A stretch of 63,419 nucleotides of DNA, filler included, from Octopus bimaculoides (taxonomy: Eukaryota): assembly GCF_001194135.2 (NCBI RefSeq). It is 4 parts of 4 records of this genome, joined end to end, with 100 filler letters (N's around TTAATTAATTAA, not from the genome) between each part and the next. Parts side by side here need not be neighbours in the genome. Positions count along the whole stretch, not along the records: positions 47,034 to 61,963 come from NC_068997.1; 3 more parts are not named here. One strand, given 5' to 3'. Under the pieces are notes generated by a model, which was not told the DNA's origin, did no database searches, and saw only the letters and a list, made by a program, of their open reading frames with translations. Position 1 is the stretch's first letter. Each line of letters opens with the position of its first letter. Below, piece by piece: positions 48,886-60,319 of the stretch. The position numbers and the translations under genes were made by a program.

Positions 48886-49760
48886 ACTCATAAATACTAA
48901 TCAGACTAATTAACATCAGCTTTCCAGTCTCCAATGAGTGCTTGGAGGAGGGTAAAGCCTCTTCCTAGTTATAAAGTGGAGAATTTACAATTGTATGCCA
49001 CTTCTATGGTTATGACATTTCTATTTAGGAAGGTTAAAGATGTGGCCAAAGTTCATTTGAAAAATATTTAATTTGCATGGTTCTTATTTATGACCTGCCA
49101 GAGATGCTCAAGGTGTAAGGTTAGAGGGGAGAGAGAGAGATTTAGAAGGATATAACAGTGGTTAAAGTGAGTTGGTGTAGTTGCAGAGAGAAAGCTTTTG
49201 GAACGATAGAAGATATGAGAAGTTTTCAGATAAAGTATGGTAGAGTAGAGAGAGTGTGGGGTGGCATAACTGGAGGTACAGAAAGGAGATGACTGGTGAA
49301 CATAGTGCGGGAAAGAATGACAATAAGAATGCAGGGTAGAACAGTGGGATGAGGTTGTAACTCATCCATAGAGAGTTAGAAGCATAGAGAGTGGCATAGA
49401 GAGTTAGAAGATGTAATATGTGCCAAGGAGGGGTGGATGCTGGAGAAAGATGGGGACAGGGAGATGAGATGTGGGCAATGTTTGATGGAGCATGTGTGTA
49501 TGTGTGTATGTGTATGTGTGTGTGTGTGTGTGTGCATACCTATATCTCCAGACATATATGGAGAGAGTGGAGGATGAAAAAGTCAGATTGACAAATACAT
49601 CTTAAAAATATTCAAATTATCAAAATTCAAAGTAAATGATTATTTAAATACATTTCTTACCAATGTAACTTTACTTTTCTTCCTCTCAGGAAGGTGAAAT
49701 AAAAAATCAATTTATTGTTTCATGACAGGAATTGATAGAAATGTAAATCTATTATCTTAC

Positions 49761-49858
49761 CGGCCAGAGAATTTCTTCAGTAAATAGTTCATTCTTTGCA
49801 ATATCAATTCTGTTCCATTCCAATGCAAGCCTCAAATTTTCTAATTTGTCATTGTTTG
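49761..49858 (-). CDS. TRPM: TRPM exon (phase 1 to 0): (A)NNDKLENLRLALEWNRIDIAKNELFTEEILWP
   Basis: Acceptor cctatattacag|, donor |gtaaga; hallmark L.LAL.WNR.DIA...F....W. Confidence 0.95.
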
Positions 49859-50685
49859 CTGTAATATAGGTTTTAGTCAATCAATTTTAGTCAATCAATT
49901 AATATTAAAATCTTCTTTTATGAAATAAAAATACTTAATATCATCAATATGACTAATATGCTATATTGTTATATTATTATTATTATTGTTGTTGTTGTTA
50001 TTATTATTATTTCACGAAACAGAGAGCTAGCAGAATCATTAGCATGTTGGGTAAAATGTTTAGTGGCTTTTCATTTGTCTTTATTTCATTTGTCTTTATT
50101 AATATAAAGTGGGAATGGTTACCTTTCCGTAAGCTTTTACTATCCCCCACTCACTAGATCTCTCCTTATCTTTAGTTTATATATTGTCACAGAGGTTAAT
50201 AATCGAATTTGGTACTTCAAATATGGAAAATATTCACCAGGTTCACAATTACACAACCATACTGTTTTTACTATTTAGTATTTATTTTCAGTAATGTAGA
50301 CAAGGGGAATTTGTGAGTTAAATGTCTTACAAAATACTACACCAGTGACAACATGCAGCAATTCACTGACACTTCAGAAGATTCTCCAGAAACTCCCTAT
50401 TGATTCAGTCATCTAATCTCTTATTGATGAAACTCAATTAACCTTCAATATATCCAGGATTAAATTCCCCAAACTTATTGGAAAATATAAAAATAATAAC
50501 ATTAGTAATTAACTAATATTATTATTATTTTTCCCTGCTAATTTCATCTTAATTTAGATTTTTCATTTTCCCTACTAATTACCCTCTTAATTTATTAGTA
50601 ATATGTAATTGAATTTGCTATCAAATCAAATCAAATGCAAGTCAAATTTGTTGTAAAATAGAAAAACAGTGAGAATATTTCTAAC

Positions 50686-50885
50686 CTTTGAACAGAGCCT
50701 TCAAGACTACTACATCAAACTCTTCAGCTGAATCGGATTCAAAAAGCGTTACCAAATTCAGTTGTTTTAGAGAATCCAACATACATCTTACCAACAAGTC
50801 TAGCGGTTCGTAATATTCAAATTCTTTACAAATTATTTTTCTGATGTCATTTTCCAGTTTCCTTTGTAACAATTTTGGAAAAGAA
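50686..50885 (-). CDS. TRPM: TRPM exon (phase 2 to 1): SFPKLLQRKLEND...NLVTLFESDSAEEFDVVVLKALFK
   Basis: Donor |gttaga; ...VTLF......D..VLKAL matches the TRPM D.AIL.ALLK motif. Acceptor uncertain (50885 or 50861, both phase 2). Confidence 0.8.
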
Positions 50886-52245
50886 CTTATTACATAAAAC
50901 TTAACAATAGTGAAAAGAATAAAGTTACATATAAAGAATAATATCAGGCCTGTGTTATTGATGTTACAAACAAAATGTGTTAACTAGACTCCTATATTGT
51001 TGTTATAATAAAAAATGTCAAACAGGGTATCCTCATTGTTACAAATGCAACAATTTGTGTTAAATGAGCTTTATACCCAACAAATAATGTTAGCTACATT
51101 ATTGTATTAATGACACATATGACAAATTATGCTGAGTGACGAACCTTTTGGTGCAAGAATAGCAGCCATAATCTTTAAAAGACAACTGAGATCAATGAGG
51201 AAAACAAAAGAATAGATCACAAGTCTTGGATTGAAGTCAACACATTCTAGGTTTTGTAAATACTCCAGTTGGAAGATATAGAGATAATTGATCCAACAGA
51301 GAATAGGTAGCTTCTACAGGTGTTAAAGTGCCCCTTCCATATTTGGTAGTAGGCCTCCTTTGGAGAACCACTTCCATAATTATCCTCTAACAAACAGACA
51401 CTATACAAAGAAAATGTGAATCAAGGCATCATTTTATCCTCACACTGATGACCTGGTCCGAGTGCTTGTAATGTTTTGGATTCTGTTACAGGCAGTGAAG
51501 GACCAAGTGGTCCTCTTGAACTATCACCAGGTAGTTCAGTGTTTAATGATGGGATAAATTAAGTTTACAACCAGAGAGTGTGTGCCCACAATTGGTTAAA
51601 CCTATGTTAGATTAATTCATATTTAACCATTTCTATCAATACGTTTCAATGTTGTTTCATAAGGAGAGGTCATGATACCTACTGCTTGATCTTATTCCTT
51701 AAATTGGATGGAAAAAAGAGATAGAGAAATCTAAACATCTCCAGGCATGTCCTCAGTTGGGTCCACTATCCTTCCCCAGCAAATATGTAGCCTTATGTCA
51801 ACATAATGAACCGATATTATGATTATTAGCAGTGTTATGTCATACTGCCTTAGATTTGAGTCTTTAGTAACAGAAATCTGATGAGTCATCAGTTTCAATC
51901 AAAACTACAAAACTATCAATACCAGCTCTAAAATCAAACTATCAACTTTGGTAATAGGAGAGGTCCAAGCCAAGGAAGTTAGGAGCAATTTACCTTATCA
52001 CTCAGGCTGTTAAAAATATCAGTTAAATCATTCTCAAATCACACCGTTTCAGCTTAAATGTAGATAGAGTGGAATAATGTAGTTTTGTATACAAAAGAGT
52101 AAGGGCTGGATTACTTATGTTCAGGTTTTTTGTTTTTTTTTATCTGGACTTAAGGGTACCAAAAGATAACACATTAATAACAAAAAAAAAAAAAGACAGA
52201 AATGACAACAACGAAATTATCACTGTATCCAAATGAAAAACAAAC

Positions 52246-52334
52246 CCATCAGTTATGTATTTGCCCTTTTCATTTGCATTCTCAAGTACAGTTTGATAAG
52301 CATCTGCCATAACGTCTGCTGCCCGACCAGATCC
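52246..52334 (-). CDS. TRPM: TRPM exon (phase 0 to 2): GSGRAADVMADAYQTVLENANEKGKYITD(G)
   Basis: Acceptor ttctcctttttcttattag|; GSGRAAD motif; donor |gtttgt is weak but phase-consistent. Confidence 0.85.
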
Positions 52335-53039
52335 CTAATAAGAAAAAGGAGAAATTTAAAGAAATCATTTAAATCAAATCTTCAAATAAGAAATAATTTA
52401 ATATTAAACAAGTATTTTGAAAAATTCTAAAAAATACACACATAAAATTCAATAAATATGTCACCCGGGTAATAGAGGCACCATACATGATAAATTTAAT
52501 GTGAGTTTTGCTGTAACACATCCAGGGATGATATATAGTGACATTATCAGAACTAGTTTGTTCTGGCATGAGACTGAACTAAATTGTTCTGGTAACAATT
52601 TCTTTGAGCTGAGTTGTGACAATATAAAATAAAAATATTGACAAAGAAACACAATAAATGGCAATAGTAGATTTGAACTCATAATACCCTGATTCGTCTG
52701 TGCACCTGGACAATTCAATTGAAACAAACAGAGAAATGGACAAATAGAACAGTGGAAGAAATGCAGCCTGTCTATTTCTCACTGCCAATAGAAGTTGACA
52801 GGACTCTTTTTTTGGAGAATCACTGTGCAGTTGCACTTGTCTCTAGTGCTATGCTTCTCAGCACAGAGCTTGAGATTAAAGAGGCTAATGATGTGTTTGA
52901 GTTTTTTTTAGTTTCATTGAACATATAACAGCAAAGATTGAGTGGGGTTTGATCAGGGTGCAACAAACTCTACCTATACATATTCAGGTGGATTTTTCAT
53001 TTTAAACATTTTGATTTTATTGTATAGCTAATTGTTGCC

Positions 53040-53185
53040 TTTTCTACAGATCGAGTAGGGCCATCTACCTGAAGGGGTTTGTGTTTTGTCTACCTTCCTA
53101 CTTATTAGGACTTTGGTTTTAGCTAGGTTGACTCTAAGGCCCTTCGATTCGAGTCCTTGATTCTACACCTGAAACTTCTCCTCAT
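53040..53185 (-). mobile_element. RTE RT fragment
   Basis: Matches 7330-7470 (gccctt cgattc...cacctgaaacttctcctc). Confidence 0.8.
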
Positions 53186-53189
53186 CACA

Positions 53190-53600
53190 AAGGTGGCTAT
53201 CTGGCAGAATCATTAGCACATCAGACAAAATGTTTAGTCACATTTCTTTTGGTTTTACATTCTGAATTCAAATGCCACCGAGACCAACTTTACCTTTTGT
53301 CCTTTCAGAAGGTATCACAGGTCTCTGATTACCTCATGTCTTTCAACTTGTTGGAGCCACAACATTCTATTAAGATGTTAATATTGGTTTCATATTTTGG
53401 CACAGGGCCAGCAATATTTTTGGTGGGGTGTGGTTTAGTCAATTACATCAACACCAATCCTCAACTGAGATTTAATTTATCAACCCCGTAGGAATGAAAG
53501 GCAAAGTGGACTTCGATAGAATTTGAACTCAGATTGTAAAGACATAAAATTCCAAGCATATTGCTTGGGATGCTAACGATTCTGCCATCTTACTGCTAAT
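53190..53600. mobile_element. Two SINE family B fragments in inverted orientation (+ 53190-53310, - 53440-53600)
   Basis: ctggcagaatcattagc...aattcaaatgccaccgagaccaactttacctttt versus gaatgaaaggcaaagtggacttcgatagaatttgaactc. Confidence 0.65.
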
Positions 53601-53899
53601 ATCAAGAAAATAAATTACTATTTTTTAAAGAACATTTGTTATAAAATGCTGTGATGTGAATTAAGTGCACATAAAATCATTCATCCAATACAAATAGTCA
53701 TAAAATTTAAGCAGTTGATTAGAAAGCCAATGACCAGGTAGATAATTAAATACGATATTTATATAAAATTCTGCACCAACAAAATACTCATATAGTTCTT
53801 CATTTAGTTTTCTTAACCACAAGTTTCTTCAGATATGTAAACATTATAAACTGAATAAACTTCCAGTAACCTTATCTAAAGAATAGTCTATTTACTGAC

Positions 53900-54009
53900 C
53901 TTTACTATTACAACTGGAATGTTGCGTGATATTGAATCACAAACTGACTTCAGAGTTCCAGGTCCACCTTCAACCATTATTACAACAGCTGGAATCTTGA
54001 CTTTTGACT
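53900..54009 (-). CDS. TRPM: TRPM exon (SLOG; phase 1 to 0): (E)SKVKIPAVVIMVEGGPGTLKSVCDSISRNIPVVIVK
   Basis: Acceptor ttttttgttgtaattttag|, donor |gtcagt; IP.V...VEGGPGT and PVV motifs. Confidence 0.95.
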
Positions 54010-54029
54010 CTAAAATTACAACAAAAAAT

Positions 54030-54275
54030 ATAACCTGATTAAAATCTGGTAAATTTATGAAATATACCTGATTAAAGTAAAACATACTTGATTAATGTAT
54101 AAAAAATATACCTGATTAAAGAATAAAGTATAGAATATTCCTGATTAATATACAAAACATACTTTATTAACAGAAAAAATGTAAATTATTAATGTACAAA
54201 CAATATCTGATTGATTATATTTAATTAGGTTCTAAAACATACCTGAATAAAGTTTAAAGTATAACCTGATTGAGA
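54030..54275. repeat. Degenerate 20-30-bp tandem array of (a/t)acctgatta
   Basis: acctga at ~54033, 54066, 54110, 54241 and 54264, plus ~4 degenerate copies. Confidence 0.8.
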
Positions 54276-54582
54276 TCTAAAATACTAGGGTAGGAAGTAT
54301 ACTGTGCCTGACTAATGTGGCACTCCATCAGTTGCAACAATGAGGGTTCTAGTTGATCCAATCAATGGAACAGCCTGCTCAAGAAATTAACGTGCAAGTG
54401 GCTGAGTACTCCACAGACATGTGTACCCTTAATGTAGTTCTCAGGGAGATTCAGTGTGACACAGAGTGTGACAAAGCTGGCCCTTTGAAATACAGGTCCA
54501 ACAGAAAGAGTGAGAGAAAGTTGTGGTGAAAGTGTACATCAGGGTTTGCCACCACCACCCCCTGCTGGAGCCTTAAGAGAGA

Positions 54583-54738
54583 AATTTAATATGGTGTGTG
54601 TATAAATTTAATATGGTGTGTGTATAAATTTAATATGGTGTGTGTATAAATATATTTACAAGAATTTAACTGTCTCCTACAACTGACAGGTTCCCTCTTA
54701 AGAGAGAAATTTAATATGGTGTGTGTATAAATTTAATG
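54583..54738. repeat. 22-bp tandem repeat aaatttaatatggtgtgtgtat (x3, plus a separated fourth copy)
   Basis: Directly visible at 54583-54650 and 54708-54738. Confidence 0.85.
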
Positions 54739-54802
54739 AGGGATTCTTAATATTTGATATCTGCTCTATTTCACATTTAGATTTTTTTTAAAAATAACTT
54801 AC

Positions 54803-54980
54803 CTTCAATTTTATTTTGTACAATAGCATTTTCTAGCGTTTTTCTGAAGTCAGTTTCTACCCCAAAAGTGTCTGAGGTACCATTATCAACAAGGATGAAA
54901 TGTGAATGATTTGGATCCAAAGGACATGTTCTTGAGCAAGAATCATCGTCTGTTATATAATACTCTGCAGGCCATGATCC
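54803..54980 (-). CDS. TRPM: TRPM exon (SLOG; phase 0 to 1): GSWPAEYYITDDDSCSRTCPLDPNHSHFILVDNGTSDTFGVETDFRKTLENAIVQNKIE
   Basis: Acceptor ggtttcatttctag|, donor |gtaagt; hallmark LD.NHSHFILVD.GT...G.E..R..LE; G.(F/W)PAEY is TRPM2-like. Confidence 0.97.
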
Positions 54981-55487
54981 CTAGAAATGAAACCAATATT
55001 TTAGTTGTTATACATATCAACATCATTGTAATCAAACTATATATATAATGTGCTTGTTCAGACATAGAATACTACACAGTGGAGAGTGATGGTGGTGTGA
55101 GAGAGAGAGAGAGGGGAAGAGAGAGAGGGGGAGGAAAGAGAGAGAGGGGAAGAGAGAGAGAGAGGGGAAGAGAGAGAGAGAGGGGGGGGGGAGAGAGAGC
55201 GGGGAAGAGAGAGAGAGAGAGGGGAGGAGAGAGAGAGAGGGGAAGAGAGAGAGAGAAATAAAAACAGAGCTAGAGAAGAGGGAAGTTAGAGGGAGAGAAA
55301 GTGAGAGTATCAAAATATGAGTTGGTGGGGAGTGTTAATGTTTACAGACGTTAGTAAAAGGAGCACCAATAAAATTGCTATACGGATGCATAACTACATC
55401 CCAGTGCACAATCACACACATCTGTGTGTGCATATATAGATGTATATCTATCTACCTGTCAATTTGTGTATCTCTCTCTCTCTGTGC

Positions 55488-55529
<42 letters not shown>

Positions 55530-55770
55530 TCGCACCAGACTGTGGTATCCAGCATGAAGAACTTAAGTGAGCTGCGCGAAAGCACACGGCTCATATAGTG
55601 AATGGGGAAAGCTTGGTCTGCAATGTTCGCAGTTGTGTATGCTTGTCAAGAGCAGGGCTCATTAGCCACCAACGGAGCCGCAAGTGCAAAATATAAGTTA
55701 ATCCTAGAGCGCACAATGTTCCTGAAGGTCGGCAATGGTCTTCCTCGGTAACGAGTGGACGGTCATCATG
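55530..55770 (+). mobile_element. 3' end of a third RTE lineage
   Basis: LVCNVRSCVCLSRAGLISHQRS zinc-knuckle-like C-terminus plus RTE-type 3'UTR ggcaatggtcttcctcggtaacgagtggacggtcatcat. Confidence 0.7.
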
Positions 55771-55894
55771 TATGTATGTATGTATGTGTGTATATATATA
55801 TGTATANNNNNNNNNNNNNNNNNNNNNNNNNNNNNNNNNNNNNNNNNNNNNNNNNNNNNNNNNNNNNNNNNNNNNNNNNNATATATACATACAT

Positions 55895-56675
55895 ATCATC
55901 AACATCGTCATCGTTCAATGTCTGTTTACCATACTGGCATTGGTTTGACAGTTTGACTGGGGATTGGCAAGCCAGGAGGCCACACTGGGTTCCTATCTGA
56001 TCTGGCAATATTTCTACGGCTGGATGCCCTTCCTAATGCCAACCATTCTGAGAGTGGAGTGAGTTCTTTTTATATGCCACTGGCACAGAAGCCAGTGAGG
56101 CAGCATTGGCATCAGCCACGTTCGGATGGTGTTTTTTACGTGCCACCAGCATGGGGAGCCAGTCAAGCACCACTGGCAACAACCCACACATGAACGGTGC
56201 TTATTGTGTGCCACCAGCATGGGAGCCAGTCAGGCAGCACTGGCCATAACTACAATTTTCATTTGATTGTGACTTGATTTGATTTTGATTTACTTGACTC
56301 AACAGGTTTTGCACTGCATGTCACCCAACGATCTAAAGATACTATTTTTAAGTGGGCTGGTTATGCAACACTAGTGTAGGCTATGGCTGTGATCTCACTT
56401 TACTTGCAGGCATATCTCACAGAGCTCCTTCCACTGTTAGGGAGTGACACTTCCTCACACAGCTGGCTTCATTCATACATAACACACGACCATACCAGCA
56501 CAGTAGTCTCTTTTGTGTACCACATCTGATGCTTCTCATGTACAACATTTCTCTCAGGGCGCTTACACTCTGTCGTGTGTGCACACTGACATTACACATC
56601 CAGTGAATCATACTAGCTTTGTTTCTTTCAAGCTTAAGCATGTCTTCAGTAGTCATGGCCTATGTTTCAGATCCG
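55895..56675 (-). mobile_element. RTE 3' end
   Basis: ORF 56417-56656 (LERNKASM..WMCNVSV...RLL.WYG.V) plus shared 3'UTR. Confidence 0.88.
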
Positions 56676-56698
56676 TGTAGCAAATATATGTATTTATA

Positions 56699-56785
56699 GG
56701 TACAGGAGTGGCTGTGTGGTAAGTAGCTTGCTTACCGTACAGGAGTGGCTGTGTGGTAAGTAGCTTGCTTACCAACCACATGGTT
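56699..56785 (+). mobile_element. SINE family A head with 37-bp tandem duplication
   Basis: tacaggagtggctgtgtggtaagtagcttgcttacc repeated twice. Confidence 0.85.
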
Positions 56786-56914
56786 GTGTGTGTGTGTGTG
56801 GGGTGTATTAATGATAACTGCCCACACATGACTGAAGAAGATCACCACTGACCATAAATAACATTGTGACTCAGCAAATTTATATTTTACACTTGTGGCT
56901 CCTGGAAAATTCTC

Positions 56915-58075
56915 TATGTTGATGATCTTACCTTCATAGCAGGTTCTATATCAGAGCTAGAAAAGAAGTTCCAGGTGTGGAAGCAAAACCTGGAATCTAA
57001 GGGCCTTAAAGTTAATTTAGCAAAGGTTAAGGTTTTACCTCCCCACTTCAGTAAGTGGCCCTGCTTCATTTGTAGAGAAGGTGTAGGTAGGAATTCCATA
57101 TGCTGAGCCAGTGCAAGCTATGGACACATAAGAGGCACAGTGGAATAATAGAAAGGTTACAGAAAGCACTGTTCATAAGTGGAAGAATCCACAGAAGCCA
57201 TAAAAATTACAGATACTTGTGAAATTGATTTTCTCAGATGCCCCAAAAGCTTTTTAGAGGGAGTGGATAATTTCTGCTACCTAAGAGACCAAATCAGTAG
57301 GGAAAGAGAATGTACAGAAGATGTAATAGCTAGAATAAGAATAAGGTGGAGAAAATTCAGACAGCTGTTACATCTGTTGACAACCAAAAGTCTCTTTCTG
57401 TGAATGAAAGGAAGATTGTATGATGCATGTATATGAACAGTAATTTTACAGGGGAGTGAGACAGAATGAAGAGGGCATGCAAAGGCTAGAGGGGAATGAG
57501 GTTAGTATGCTCCACTGGATGTGCAATGCAAGTGTACATGTGTGACAGAGTGCTAGCCTGCTGAGGGAAATTAGATGCCCTGTGCAAAAGAAAAGACTGC
57601 ATTGGTTTGGTCATACGATACAGATGGATGTCAACAGTTTCATAAAGTGCCAATCACTCAAAGTGGACGAGACTCGTGAAAGCAGGGGATCGAAGAAGAA
57701 ATGGAACAAACTATTGAAGGACATCCTCAGGACACTGCACCTTGTGGAGAAGGTGACAAAGGACTAAGATATCTGGCACCTTGCTATACTCAACAAGACA
57801 CATTCTGCACAGAAGAAGTGTTAATGCCACTCAACCTGATGAAGAGGACTGACCTGCAAGAGCTCCGTGTTGGTGTCACATAAAAAGTACTCATGCTGGC
57901 ACCATGTAAAAATGCCCATGCTGGAGCCACACTAGATGCACTCAGCACACACTAAAGAAGGGCATCCAGCTGTAGAAACCAAGCAAAATCAGACTGGAAT
58001 CTGATGCAGTTGTCTTACTTGCCGAATCTGGTCATACCGTCTAACCCATGCTAGCATGGAGAACAGATACTAAAG
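56915..58075 (+). mobile_element. Diverged RTE 3' half
   Basis: DDLTFIA...VNLAKVK, FCYL.D, RIRW.KFR, KRLHWFGH, followed by 3'UTR. Confidence 0.85.
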
Positions 58076-58153
58076 GATAAAGAAGGTGACGATGAGGAAG
58101 AATAGGATAAAACATTGAAGGGAAAAAGAAAATATCGTGAAACAGAATTTTAC

Positions 58154-58317
58154 ATCCTCTTTCCTTAATGTGTCCTTGTTTCGTACGCAGTTCCATGCTG
58201 CAATACTAATCGTCACCAGTTTATTGCTACCTGTCAATGTGCTTTCATTATCATATATAGCTTTTCCAGTATATTTCACAACTCCAGTATGTAAACCTGC
58301 ACTCATGATCCAGGCAC
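58154..58317 (-). CDS. TRPM: TRPM exon (SLOG; phase 1 to 0): (G)AWIMSAGLHTGVVKYTGKAIYDNESTLTGSNKLVTISIAAWNCVRNKDTLRKED
   Basis: Acceptor ttttgttttgcag|, donor |gtaaaa; matches the GAWI.TGG..TGV.K..G.A and IGIAPWG consensus with substitutions. Confidence 0.95.
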
Positions 58318-58499
58318 CTGCAAAACAAAAGATCAATAATTATATTCAAATATTGATTTCATATTCTAAAATGATGGGAGAGTTTGGGACTAAATACCTT
58401 CTGGTATTTAGTTATATTCCTTCACATTCTAACTTCAAATCTCACACAAGAGTTGAATGCTTTCTTTGTCCATGTAAGGTTAATGAAATATGCACCAGT

Positions 58500-58705
58500 C
58501 ATTAACTGGAGGTGATTTAATCATTGATACATTGTTAGCACACCAGGCGAAATACTTACTTTCAAATTCCACCAGGATCAACTTTGCCTTGCATCTTTTC
58601 AGGGTCATTTAAATAAGTACCAGTTATGCTCTGGGGTCTATGAAATCAACTAGCCCCCCTCCCCCGAATTTCAGGCCTTGTGCCTATAGTAGAAAGGAGT
58701 ATTAA
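58500..58705 (+). mobile_element. SINE family B in TRPM intron
   Basis: ttcaaattccaccaggatcaactttgccttgcatcttttcagggtc...aatttcaggccttgtgcctatagtagaaagga. Confidence 0.7.
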
Positions 58706-58725
58706 ATTTTACAATAAAACTATAC

Positions 58726-58906
58726 CTGTACTTCTTGCAGCTTTTACCAAACCATATCCAAAAGCTTCTTTAAGATGTGAACTCAACAAGAAGTCTTTTC
58801 TTCCTCCAGTCACAGAAATAAGTAGCTTTGGCAATGATAAACTCCACATATTTCTTATCATATAAATTATTATTTCCATAGAAATTTTGTGATCTGCACG
58901 GACAAA
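58726..58906 (-). CDS. TRPM: TRPM exon (phase 0 to 1): FVRADHKISMEIIIYMIRNMWSLSLPKLLISVTGGRKDFLLSSHLKEAFGYGLVKAARST(G)
   Basis: Acceptor ttttctctcacatacag|, donor |gtatag; hallmark W.L..PKLLISVTGG...F..GL.KAA.STG. Confidence 0.97.
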
Positions 58907-58976
58907 CTGTATGTGAGAGAAAACATTTGACTTATGTAATCTAATGTTTCATACAATGAAAAAAGCATTCAAATAC

Positions 58977-59312
58977 TAACAATTTAGTGAACAAATTTCA
59001 TTGTGATGATTTAGTGAACAAATTAGTGAACAATTTAGTGAACAAATTTCATTGTGATGATTTAGTGAACAATTTAGTGAACAATTTAGTGAACAAATTT
59101 CATTGCGATGATTTAGTGAACAAATTAGTGAACAATTTAGTGAACAATTTAGTGAACAATTTAGTGAACAATTTAGTGAACAATTTAGTGAACAATTTAG
59201 TGAACAATTTAGTGAACAAATTTCATTGTGCTGATTTAGTGAACAAATTAGTGAACAATTTAGTGAACAATTTAGTGAACAATTTAGTGAACAAATTTCA
59301 TTGTGATGATTT
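58977..59312. repeat. Minisatellite: 12-bp aatttagtgaac units interspersed with a 17-bp aaatttcattgtgatga variant block
   Basis: More than 20 units visible; gives the CSLN-repeat ORF on minus and the NNLV-repeat ORF on plus. Confidence 0.95.
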
Positions 59313-60319
59313 ATTGCTTTGCCTGGGGCTGGCAAGCTGGAGGGTTACGCCAAACTCTATAGTTTGTTTTGGCATGCTTCCTTTGGCTGGATGCCCTTCC
59401 TAATGCCAACCACTTTACAGAGTGCACTGGGTGCTTTTTTCATGGCCCCAGCAGAGTCAGCAAATAACTTGCAAGACAAGACAAAGTGCCCTTGACTGGG
59501 GGTAATAGTATTGAGGGAGGTGGTTTTGATGAGAGGTTAAAAGTAATAATAGAGGGATAGAAGTAGGTATTTAGCTATGGAAAAGATACAAGGATACCCC
59601 AGTTGGAGAAGAAGGGAGAAGGAGACTTAGAGAGAAAGATGGAGGTGGAGAGAGAGAGAGAGAGAGAGATGTCGGCAACTATGTCAGGACAAACCCTCAA
59701 AGCACAGTGAGGAGGGCAAAATAGATGAGATGATGGGGGGAAGGGGAACAGTAGAATTTCAAGATGAGAGATATAGAAATAGGTCAGGGAGAGGGGCTTT
59801 ATGTTAGCTATGTAAGGGCATTGGAAGTGATAAAGGGATGAAGAAAGTAGAGCACAGAGAAGAGAGTGTAGTGGTAACTAATATCAACACATAATATTGA
59901 ATATATATTCTCACTACAAGAGCAAAGCTGGAGGATGATGGTAAGAAATGGAGGTGGTTCCAAGGAGAGAGTGTGGCAGAGGCGACAGAGCATGGCTGGA
60001 GAATTAATATAGAGGAAAGGAAGTGGTTCTATGAGGGGGGGGGGGAGGAAAGAGGAAGGTAATAAAGAGGGTTAGTAGAATGTGCCTACTCTGCCTGCAG
60101 ATGATTATGGTAGCCAAATATCAGGGATAAAGAAAGGACGAGTGTAGAAGATGAGATGTGGGGGAGCATGATGGTATACACATCAATATGTAAAATAATT
60201 GCCAATTCACAAAAAGCATGTAAAATGTTGCTGCTACACAAATCCATTGACAAAACTATGAACTAATTATTGGATACAATTTCTACAAACAGATATCAAT
60301 AAAAATTTAAAACAATTAC

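Noticed and set aside
52579-52836. Hydrophobic ORF as a TRPM transmembrane exon
   Set aside because: It lies between two adjacent phase-compatible SLOG exons (53900 and 52334), has no S1-S6 motif, and its hydrophobicity follows from T-richness.
58977-59312. CRISPR-like repeat/spacer array, or a Cys-rich CSLN-repeat protein
   Set aside because: Spacers are identical, the context is a eukaryotic intron, there are no cas genes and no splice/start support; the ORFs are a by-product of 12-bp periodicity.
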